Both the position numbers and the translations under genes were made by a program. A stretch of 64,000 bases of DNA from an uncultured Tepidisphaerales bacterium (GTDB lineage: Bacteria; Planctomycetota; Phycisphaerae; Tepidisphaerales; Tepidisphaeraceae), in contig CAYMAS010000008.1 of NCBI GenBank assembly GCA_964388485.1, positions 24,423 to 88,422 on the forward strand, given 5' to 3'. Under the pieces are notes generated by a model that made no database searches, was not told where the DNA came from, and saw nothing but the letters and a program-made list of their open reading frames with translations. Below, piece after piece: positions 41,906 to 49,958 of the stretch; within the stretch, counting starts at the first letter, position 1, and each line of letters begins with the position of its first letter.

Positions 41906-44587
41906 ATGAAGACGATCACCACCACCGCGATTCTGTCGCTGGCCGTCGCCGCCGTTGCGACTGCCGAGCCGGCCGAGGAAAATCTCAACGACCGCCTGCC
42001 CGAACGCAGCGGCAACGACTACGGCTTTCGCGACTGGAAGGTCAGCGACGCCGACTTCAAGATCGTCAAGGATCGCCTCGTCCGCGACGGCGTCAGTCCG
42101 GAGCTCGTCGATCAATATCGGCCGTTCCTCAACAGTGCCGACCGTCGCGACGCCAATGAGGGCAGCTGGCAGAAGCGATACTTCAAGCCGGGGTACCCCG
42201 ATGGCCTCGGCAACGTCGAACTGGCGAAGCTCGGTTATCTTGATGTCACCGCTGCGCCCTTCAACGTCAAACCAGACGACGGCCGCGACGACACGCTGGT
42301 CCTGCAGGATGCGATCGACTTCGCTCGCGACCACCAGCTCGTCACCTACCTCCCGGCCGGCGAGTACAACGTCAGCGACACGCTGCACCTGGCCCAGGGC
42401 ACGACCCGCATGGCCGACGGCAAGATTAGCACGACCGACATGTACGGCGTCTACGTCGTCGGCGAAAAGACCAACGACGGCAAGCGGGCCCGCATCGTCC
42501 TGGCCGACGGCAGCTTTCCCAACGCCGACTCCACCCGCCCGCTCATCTACGTCCAGCGGGTCGGCGAGCCCAAGACGGGTCGCAAAATCAGTCGAAACTC
42601 TAACACCGTCAACTACGGCAACCTCGTCCACGGCCTCGAGCTCGTCCTAGGCGACAACCCCGGAGCGTGGGGCATCAGCTTCCAGGCGGCCGAGGGCTCG
42701 ACGATGCAGGATTTGGTCATCGACGCCCGCGGAGCCAACGGCGGCATCAACGGCTTTCCCGGCTCCGGCGGCGGAACCTTCGACATCACCGTCATCGGCG
42801 GCAAGGTCGGCGTGCAGAGCGACGAGTTCCCAGGGTCGGACGGCGTCGACTTCGAAGGTGCCACGCATACCCAGCCCGGCCCGACCATCGCGGGCATGAC
42901 GCTGATCGACCAGGAGCTCTACGCCATCGCCCACGAGAACCGCGGCAACCTCGTCGCCGTCGGCATCACGATCGAGACCGAAAAGAACGGCCCAGTCATC
43001 CGTACCCGCGAGCATTGGTGGGGCGATCCCTACGGCAGCAGCCTGGCCCTCATCGACGCGACCATCGAGTACAAGTCGGCCTCACCCGACAACACCGTCC
43101 TCGACGCCGGCCGCAGCGTCTGGCTCGAAGACGTCTACGTGAAGAACGCCGCCCACATCGGCGAGTCACGCTTTCCAGCCGCCTCGGGTCAGCCTTGGAC
43201 GCACGTGAAGGCGCTCGGCATCGCCAAGGAGCTCTGGACCGAGCCGCGGACGGCGAAGGTCAAGCAAGAGGACGGCAGCACGAAGGAAGTGACGGTCGAT
43301 GTCGACGAACGCGTCTACGTCGACGGCCAGCCGATCGGTGACTACCTGTACGAGTCGACCGGCGTCAGCCAGCCGCCGGCCGACGTGGCGACGCGGCACC
43401 AGATGGGCGATGTCCTGCCGGTGATGGACGATGCCCAGAACATCAAGGATCACGGCGCGATTGGCGACGGCACCGCCGACGACACCGCCGCGATCCGTAA
43501 GGCGATTCGGGCCGCCGGACCGGGCGGCACGGTCTTCGTGCCCAAGGGCGTCTTCGTCACGACGGACACGCTCGACCTGCTGCCGAACCAGACGCTCATC
43601 GGCGTGCATCACAAGCTGTCGAACATCGTCGGGGCCGAAGACGACAAGCGCGGCCGCTTCGGCAAGGACGACGATCCGACCACGGGCGAACCCGTCATCC
43701 GCACCGTCGATGCCGCCGACGACGAAACCGTCATCGGCATGATCGGCATTCGGCACGCACGGTCGATGGGCTCCCACGACCCGCGACCCATCGGCATCTA
43801 CGCCCTCGAGTGGCGAAGCGGCCAGGGCAAGGTCTTCGGCGTCGAGGCCAAGGCGGAGCTCAACACGAACTGGTGGGAACGCCAAGTCCTTCGCCTCCAC
43901 CTGAACGCCGACGACGCGAAGCTCGACGAGTACTACCAGTCCGACGAGCTCGGCAAGCTCGACCCCCGCGTCGGCTGGGAGATTCCGCACCCCGAAGGCA
44001 AGGGCGGCTACGGCAGCGGCCCGGGTCCCGACGGCTCATACCCAATTAGCCCAATCAGCCACCCGCTCGTCCAGGTCCGCGGCAACGGCGGCGGGCAGTG
44101 GTTCCAGTTCTGGAACCACGGCTACGACCCGGTCACCAGCGACTACCGCATCCTGCTCGTCGAGGACACGACCAATCGCTTCGAGGTCTATCACCTCCAC
44201 GGCCAGCACAAACGCTCCGACGCCCAGTTTGAAGTCCGCCGTGCCAAGAACGTCCACTTCTACGGCTCCAAGCAGGAAGTGCACGACACGTTCCTGCGAA
44301 TCGTCGACAGCGACGGCATCTACGTCTACGGCTACGCCGGCATCGGTGGGCCGTTCAAGAAGGGCGACGCGATCTACGAGATCGAGAACTCAACGAACGT
44401 GCTCATCACGACGCCCGGCGACGAACCGATCCTCAACAGTGCCGGCTACGGCCTGAGCAGCCCGCGCAGCCGGCTGTGGCGTCCGTTCGTCGGCGACTTC
44501 CACCTGGCGACCGACGACGCCACCGGCTCGACGCCGCCCGCCGCCCGCCCAGTCGCCTACATGCTCGGCGAGCCACTAGAGCAGTAG
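41906..44587 (+). CDS. Tandem pectate_lyase_3 / GH55-like double beta-helix protein, secreted
   Basis: Signal peptide MKTITTTAILSLAVAAVATAEP. Two copies of the N-cap motif (FNVKPDDGRDDTLVLQDAIDFA...YLPAGEY; IKDHGAIGDGTADDTAAIRKAI...VFVPKGVF). The upstream ORF extension to 41624 overlaps the previous gene and is discarded. Confidence 0.6.
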   Translation: MKTITTTAILSLAVAAVATAEPAEENLNDRLPERSGNDYGFRDWKVSDADFKIVKDRLVRDGVSPELVDQYRPFLNSADRRDANEGSWQKRYFKPGYPDGLGNVELAKLGYLDVTAAPFNVKPDDGRDDTLVLQDAIDFARDHQLVTYLPAGEYNVSDTLHLAQGTTRMADGKISTTDMYGVYVVGEKTNDGKRARIVLADGSFPNADSTRPLIYVQRVGEPKTGRKISRNSNTVNYGNLVHGLELVLGDNPGAWGISFQAAEGSTMQDLVIDARGANGGINGFPGSGGGTFDITVIGGKVGVQSDEFPGSDGVDFEGATHTQPGPTIAGMTLIDQELYAIAHENRGNLVAVGITIETEKNGPVIRTREHWWGDPYGSSLALIDATIEYKSASPDNTVLDAGRSVWLEDVYVKNAAHIGESRFPAASGQPWTHVKALGIAKELWTEPRTAKVKQEDGSTKEVTVDVDERVYVDGQPIGDYLYESTGVSQPPADVATRHQMGDVLPVMDDAQNIKDHGAIGDGTADDTAAIRKAIRAAGPGGTVFVPKGVFVTTDTLDLLPNQTLIGVHHKLSNIVGAEDDKRGRFGKDDDPTTGEPVIRTVDAADDETVIGMIGIRHARSMGSHDPRPIGIYALEWRSGQGKVFGVEAKAELNTNWWERQVLRLHLNADDAKLDEYYQSDELGKLDPRVGWEIPHPEGKGGYGSGPGPDGSYPISPISHPLVQVRGNGGGQWFQFWNHGYDPVTSDYRILLVEDTTNRFEVYHLHGQHKRSDAQFEVRRAKNVHFYGSKQEVHDTFLRIVDSDGIYVYGYAGIGGPFKKGDAIYEIENSTNVLITTPGDEPILNSAGYGLSSPRSRLWRPFVGDFHLATDDATGSTPPAARPVAYMLGEPLEQ

Positions 44588-44599
44588 GCGAACCTTCCG

Positions 44600-45811
44600 T
44601 CACGACGCCTCTGCCAGACGCTCGCGCCGCCACCGGCCGGGCGTCATGCCGCAGACCTGCACGAAGGCGTTCGTGAAGCTCGACTGGCTCGCATAACCGA
44701 CCGCCTGGGCGACGTCTGCCAGAACGATGTCCTGCCGCCGAAGCAGCGTCCGGGCCGCCTCGATCCGGATGCGACGGATCTCCTCAGCCGGCGTGCGGCC
44801 CAGTGATCGGACCATCTTCCGCTCGAGCGAGCGACGACTCACCGCGATCGACTTGCAGAGCTGGCCCACTGTCATCCCCCGGCACGCGTGGCGCCGCATA
44901 TGCGTCAACGCCTCGCGAACAGCCTCGTCTTGCACGGCCAGCATCTGCGTGCTCTGCCGGCCGACGACCTCCTTGGGCGGCACGGTCCAGACGTTGCCAC
45001 GACCGCCCGCGACCGTGTCGACGTCCCGGCCGTTCATGAGGGCATCGAGCAGCTTTGCCGCGACGCGGCCGACCTGTTCCACGTCGAGATCGACACTCGA
45101 CAAGGGCGTGCGAGCGAACTCCGCCAGCAGCTCGTCGTTGTTCACGCCGACGACGGCAACATCGTCCGGCACGCGCAGCCCGATCGACGCGGCAGCACTA
45201 AGCGTCACGATCGCCGCCCGATCGTCGACCACGAACATGCCGACGGGTGACGGGACCCGGTGAAGAACGCTCACCGCGTGCTCCTGTGTGACAAGCTCCG
45301 GCAAAACTCCCTCTGCAGATGGAAATCTGGCGTCACCCAGCGTGACGCAATCGGCATCGGCCTGCTCGATCTCGGCGACGAATCCGACTTGCCGTAGTCG
45401 CCCGACCCGCCAGCGTGTGCTCAGGCAGCCGAACCGCTTGTACCCGCGGTCGAGTAAGTGCCTCGCTGCTGCCCGACCCACCGCTTCTTCATCCGGCAGC
45501 ACCGACGGCAGCACCGCCTCGCCCGAAGACTCTGGATCGGCCGACGCTTCTGCAAAGACCGTGTGGTACAACGTGTTGACGATCGGCAGGTCCAGCTTCG
45601 CGACGACGGCGACCTCGGCTTCAGTCCGCGGGAGCACGACCAGGCCGTCGATAGGCATCACGCGGAGGCGGTCGACGGCTGCGGGCTCAAGAGCAGAAGG
45701 CACGATCTCGACGTTCCAGCCGTCTCTCTGGCGGCCGACGCTGCTCATGCCGCGGGCGAGGGCGATGAGGAGCGGAAGGTTGAACTGGCTGAGAATCGCA
45801 ACGTGCCGCAT
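44600..45811 (-). CDS. XylR-type regulator (periplasmic-binding-protein-like sensor + AraC HTH)
   Basis: N-terminal PBP type I-like domain. C-terminal AraC HTH (VGQLCKSIAVSRRSLERKM...VGYASQSSFTNAFVQVCGMTPGRWR). Confidence 0.8.
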   Translation of the reverse strand: MRHVAILSQFNLPLLIALARGMSSVGRQRDGWNVEIVPSALEPAAVDRLRVMPIDGLVVLPRTEAEVAVVAKLDLPIVNTLYHTVFAEASADPESSGEAVLPSVLPDEEAVGRAAARHLLDRGYKRFGCLSTRWRVGRLRQVGFVAEIEQADADCVTLGDARFPSAEGVLPELVTQEHAVSVLHRVPSPVGMFVVDDRAAIVTLSAAASIGLRVPDDVAVVGVNNDELLAEFARTPLSSVDLDVEQVGRVAAKLLDALMNGRDVDTVAGGRGNVWTVPPKEVVGRQSTQMLAVQDEAVREALTHMRRHACRGMTVGQLCKSIAVSRRSLERKMVRSLGRTPAEEIRRIRIEAARTLLRRQDIVLADVAQAVGYASQSSFTNAFVQVCGMTPGRWRRERLAEAS

Positions 45812-46164
45812 GTAACACCTGACAGATCACCTTCGGAATCAAGGTCACTTTAAGATAGACGTGAGCGGCCAACCTGGTTCGTCCATCCGATGCGGCCGCG
45901 TTGAGCTCTGCCGCTTCGCCAAGACCTGCCGCCGTCGCTGGTCGGTTCAGGCCGCTGCCGTACCGTTCGCGCAGACTGGCATCCCATACGAAGGTGCGAC
46001 TGGCGTCCGCAGAGTTGCCACCGGCATCATCTGAGCCAACTCGGAGGGCGACCTCAGCGCGAACGGCATCGCATCGGCCGGCAATGTCATCACGTGTGAC
46101 CGAATGGTACAACGTGCCACGGATTTGCGATCTGCGTCGAGAGTCTGCACTTTAAGTGCGAACT

Positions 46165-47310
46165 ATGCCCACCCTCATCGATATTGCCAAGGCAGCCAAC
46201 GTTTCACCATCGACGGCGAGCCTAGTGCTGAACAAGCGGCCTGGTCGCAAGGCAGCCAGCGTCAAAGCCACTGCCGCAGTCATGGAGGCGGCCCGCAAGC
46301 TGGGCTACGTGCCCAACTACCACGCCCGCAGCATGAAGACGGGGCGGGCTCAGGCCATTGCCCTGGCACTGCATACGGAACCGGCAGCCGTCGTCAGCGA
46401 TACCCGGCTCGGCAACCAGTACTTCGGCTCGCTCGTCGGCGGCGTCGAGATCGTGCTGGCGCAGGCCGGTTACTCCATGATCGTCGTGCCGAGCGAGGGG
46501 TCGCTGCTAGCGCCCGACCGAGCCGTGGCGATGCTGCGGCAGCGGCAAGTCGACGGCGTGGTGGCGATCGGCGTGACGCTCGACGGCATCGACAAGCCGC
46601 TCTTCGAGCAGCATCCGCCACTCGAAACCGAAGCCGTCGTTGTCCTCCACCAGCCGCCGCGGGGTCTGAGCCGGCAGATCGGCAGCGTCGCCTGGGACGA
46701 AGCCCACGGCGTCCGCCTCGCCGTCGAGCATCTCGTCCAACTCGGCCACGACAAGATCCTCTGGCTCGCCCCCGCCGGCGGCCGTTTGCAGAGCCCGATC
46801 ATCCGCGAGCAGCTCGTCATGCAAATGGGCTGGGACTGCGGCGTCCGGGGCGGCGGACGCGTCTACTTCGAAGATTGCAACTTCGACGACGCCACCATCA
46901 AGAGCTCTGCCGACAGCGGTCACGCCGTCACCGAGAGGAACGCCGCCGCCGCGGAAGCTGCGTTGCGTCAGCACCTCCGGGCGAACAAGACGCGGGACTA
47001 CACGGCAATCCTCTGTTACAGCGATCTCGCCGCCGCCGGCGCGCTGCGGGCGTTACGACGGGCGAACCTGCGGGTGCCCGAGGATGTGAGCGTGGTCTCC
47101 TTCGACGATCTGCAGGCGTCTTATCTCGATCCGCCGGTGACGAGCGTGAACCAGATGCTCGTCCAGATGGGCCGGCGGGCGGGGCGGATGTTGCTCGACG
47201 CGCTGGAAGCCGAAGATTCCGCTGCGGCAGTCCGCGAACTCAACAAGCGGCAGGATGTCATTAAACCCGAGATCGTCGTCCGTCAAAGTACAGGTCCAGC
47301 AGAGCGTTAG
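46165..47310 (+). CDS. LacI family transcriptional regulator
   Basis: MPTLIDIAKAANVSPSTASLVLN...AARKLGYVPNYHARSM is the LacI HTH, followed by a sugar-binding domain. ATG 46165 (GTG 46156 alternative). Confidence 0.9.
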   Translation: MPTLIDIAKAANVSPSTASLVLNKRPGRKAASVKATAAVMEAARKLGYVPNYHARSMKTGRAQAIALALHTEPAAVVSDTRLGNQYFGSLVGGVEIVLAQAGYSMIVVPSEGSLLAPDRAVAMLRQRQVDGVVAIGVTLDGIDKPLFEQHPPLETEAVVVLHQPPRGLSRQIGSVAWDEAHGVRLAVEHLVQLGHDKILWLAPAGGRLQSPIIREQLVMQMGWDCGVRGGGRVYFEDCNFDDATIKSSADSGHAVTERNAAAAEAALRQHLRANKTRDYTAILCYSDLAAAGALRALRRANLRVPEDVSVVSFDDLQASYLDPPVTSVNQMLVQMGRRAGRMLLDALEAEDSAAAVRELNKRQDVIKPEIVVRQSTGPAER

Positions 47311-47569
47311 GCTATTCGCCCGGAGATCACAGGTCGCCGACCGCTGTTCCTGAGACCGAAGTCGCCGTTCATACTAACGCTGACGCCGTAGGTGGCTGCA
47401 CCAGTGTCGACACCCATGCAAACGGCGTAGTCGACGCTCCCCGTTGAACGACCTGCCTTAGTCGAAGTCGCAGCGTCGGTCGGCTTCGCGAGTGCGTCGA
47501 GCTTTACACGTAAGCGCACCGTCGCCGCCGGCACCATGCCGGCCCGGTGGCTAAACAACGAAGTGTGAC

Positions 47570-48565
47570 TCAGTCGGTCCAGTCGAAGACACTCGTCGCC
47601 CGCTTACCTCTTGTCTCGAATGCCGCTGCGTAGGCCGAATCGGCTTCGGCGGGGCAGAAGGGCGTTCCGTAGAGGTCGTCGAGCCGCAGACGCCCCTCAC
47701 TCATCAGCCGCAGCACTCGCTTTCGAGCAGCCGGCCCCTCGTCGCGTGGCAAGAGGAACGTCGTCTCGACCATGAACGCCAAGTTGTACGGGATGCTGAA
47801 GTCGCCGGGATAGCTCCCTTGGATCAGGTAGCGCGGCGGCAAGGTGCGGGTGCCCCAGTCGCGGCTCTTGAGCAGCGAGATGGCGTGCGGCAGGACCCGC
47901 TCGACACCCGTTGCATCACAGATGATGTCGAAGTAGCCGAAACGCTCGACGGCGTCTTCACCTAGCGGTTTGTCGAGGCCGGGCTCGATGACTATTGCAT
48001 TTAAACCGGCGTCGACGGCCTTGCGACAACGGGACGGGCTGACATCGGCAGCGACTGTTTCGCACTCGATGTGAAACAGCCGCGACGCGATCTGCCCGAT
48101 CAGGCCGAGACCCAAGACGAGGACACGTTCCCCCGGCTGCGGCGTCGCGCGATCCACGCCGTGCGAAGCGATTGCGGCCATTTTGGAAAGACTCGCCTCA
48201 ACCAGCTCCACGCCATCGGGAATCTGCCGGACGTCTGAGGCGACACACAAGGATGCAGAGGCGTGGCCGCCCCAGAGCCGCTGCAATTCGTCGGGCAAAT
48301 CGCCACCACCCAGCACGACGCGATCACCTTCCGCGAACTGATCCGATCGCGTCTTGATCACCACGCCCGCCGAGCTGTAGCCGGGAACGAGGGGAAATCG
48401 GCTGCCGGGCTGGTCGCCCGAAAGCACCCGTCGCTCGGTACCCGGGCTGACGGCGGAGTAGTCGGTTCGCACCAACACCTCACCGCTGCCGGGATCAGGC
48501 AGATACACGTCTCGCAACGCGATGGACTCGGCAGCTTCGAAGACGATGCACGTAGCAGCATTCAT
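47570..48565 (-). CDS. MDR-family (zinc-type alcohol/polyol dehydrogenase-like) oxidoreductase
   Basis: GEVLVRTDYSAVSPGTE...VPGYSSAGVV...VLVLGLGLIGQIA (GxGxxG) pattern. Confidence 0.75.
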   Translation of the reverse strand: MNAATCIVFEAAESIALRDVYLPDPGSGEVLVRTDYSAVSPGTERRVLSGDQPGSRFPLVPGYSSAGVVIKTRSDQFAEGDRVVLGGGDLPDELQRLWGGHASASLCVASDVRQIPDGVELVEASLSKMAAIASHGVDRATPQPGERVLVLGLGLIGQIASRLFHIECETVAADVSPSRCRKAVDAGLNAIVIEPGLDKPLGEDAVERFGYFDIICDATGVERVLPHAISLLKSRDWGTRTLPPRYLIQGSYPGDFSIPYNLAFMVETTFLLPRDEGPAARKRVLRLMSEGRLRLDDLYGTPFCPAEADSAYAAAFETRGKRATSVFDWTD

Positions 48566-48582
48566 TGGAGGTCTCGGCAGCT

Positions 48583-48596
48583 TCCAAACGTTGCGT
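48583..48596. promoter_or_regulatory. Operator-like site TCCAAACGTTGCGT
   Basis: AACGTT core about 19 bp upstream of the dehydrogenase ATG (48565, minus strand). Confidence 0.45.
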
Positions 48597-48624
48597 TCCC
48601 CACTCTAACGCTTGAGCGGGAGGT

Positions 48625-48638
48625 TTACAACGTTGCAC
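48625..48638. promoter_or_regulatory. Operator-like site TTACAACGTTGCAC
   Basis: CAACGTTGCAC half identical to the 39551 site. About 99 bp upstream of ATG 48736. Confidence 0.55.
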
Positions 48639-48735
48639 AGCCTCGTGCCGCGGCTTTACCATCAGTGCGACGCCGCTTGAAGCCTGTCCGACTGCTTGAA
48701 TCGGATGACCACGAACTGATCCCATTACCCGAATC

Positions 48736-49863
48736 ATGTCGCTCGACCAGTGCTCTGTTCTTCAACGAAGAGTCGAGCCCGACTCTGGCCTCGTCAGCCA
48801 CGTTCTGACCGAGCGGGTCGCTCCGTTGCAGCAAACGTTCTACTTCACGAACAACGGCCTGTCGCCGGACGGCCGGTGGCTCTGGTTCTACTGCGCCGCA
48901 CCGCCGGCGGCGGGGCGGTGGCTCGGGGTCCTGAACCTCGAAACAGGTGCTGTTTACGGATACCCCGAAACCGGCTTCAGCGACGCTTCACCGATGGTGA
49001 TGCTCGATGGCTCGTGCCTGTGGATGACCGAATCAGCTCTTTGGCAACGGGGGCCGAGGCCCGACGACGAGGTCACATGTCTTAACGAGCTGCCCGGCGA
49101 CCTCATCGGCATGACGCAACGGGACATGCGGCCAAGCCGATGCATGGTCCGCTCAGCAACGCATCTGACGCTGACCGCCGATGGGCGGGCTGTTCTTATC
49201 GATGCCTACGTCGGTCGCGAGTGCATTGTCGGCCTGCTACCACTGGACGGTGGTCCTTTCGAGCTGTGGCACCGCGGCGAGCGCTGTTTCAACCACGGCC
49301 AGATGAGCCCGACGGATCCGGACTTGGCGTTGCTCGCTTGGGACTTCGTCGACGACCCGGTCACCGGCGAGACGACGCCCTTCGACAACCGCCTCTGGCT
49401 GCTCCGTCGCGGCGAGGCGATTAAGCCAGTCTTCGACACGCCGGTCCACGTCACGCACGAATGGTGGGATACCGACGGTCAGCACATCTGGTTCGTCGGC
49501 AAGCCTAAGCCTCTCGACGACCGCGGTGGCACTTGGCGGCTGCGGCTAAGGGACCTCGAGCTCAAGTGGATGACAGACGAGTACTGGCACGCCCACACGT
49601 CGCCTGACGGCCGATGGCTCGCCGGAGATCGCGCCGAAGGAGCATGGGGTCGCGGATGTGCTTCAAGTGTCCACCTGCACGACCGCCTGTCTGGCACGAC
49701 CAGGCCCATCATCAGCCAGAATCCTGAACACCTCAGCAGCGGTCGCCAGTACCACATCGATCCGCACCCGAGCTTCGCGGCCGACAGCCGGATCATGACG
49801 TATACCACCACGGTGCGGGACCAAGTCGATGTCGCCATCGTCGACCTAGCCCAGCACGATTGA
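48736..49863 (+). CDS. Oligogalacturonide lyase (PL22)-like beta-propeller protein
   Basis: FYFTNNGLSPDGRWLWF...HGQMSPTDP...HAHTSPDGRWLAGD...YHIDPHPSFAADSRIMTYTT resemble the Ogl/PL22 family. No signal peptide. Confidence 0.6.
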   Translation: MSLDQCSVLQRRVEPDSGLVSHVLTERVAPLQQTFYFTNNGLSPDGRWLWFYCAAPPAAGRWLGVLNLETGAVYGYPETGFSDASPMVMLDGSCLWMTESALWQRGPRPDDEVTCLNELPGDLIGMTQRDMRPSRCMVRSATHLTLTADGRAVLIDAYVGRECIVGLLPLDGGPFELWHRGERCFNHGQMSPTDPDLALLAWDFVDDPVTGETTPFDNRLWLLRRGEAIKPVFDTPVHVTHEWWDTDGQHIWFVGKPKPLDDRGGTWRLRLRDLELKWMTDEYWHAHTSPDGRWLAGDRAEGAWGRGCASSVHLHDRLSGTTRPIISQNPEHLSSGRQYHIDPHPSFAADSRIMTYTTTVRDQVDVAIVDLAQHD

Positions 49864-49958
49864 GGTGAGGGCAGAATCAGGCCTTGGTGTTCCAGGTCGA
49901 CTCATGATGATCAGTGTCTGATGATCGGTTGGCGAAGGAGCAGGCATCGCGAGTTCGG

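Noticed and set aside
46107-46120. Autoregulatory island operator upstream of the LacI gene (GTACAACGTGCCAC)
   Set aside because: Only 11/14 match to the consensus, with the AACGTT core broken. ACAACGTGCC also occurs in coding DNA (e.g. about 19213) and in the 4459..4537 gap (about 4501), so this may be chance. It is mentioned only as a weak candidate.
47307-47558. 83-aa minus-strand ORF between the LacI and dehydrogenase genes
   Set aside because: TTG start, no RBS, no recognisable motif and weak codon bias. It may be non-coding 3' UTR or terminator space and is left unannotated.
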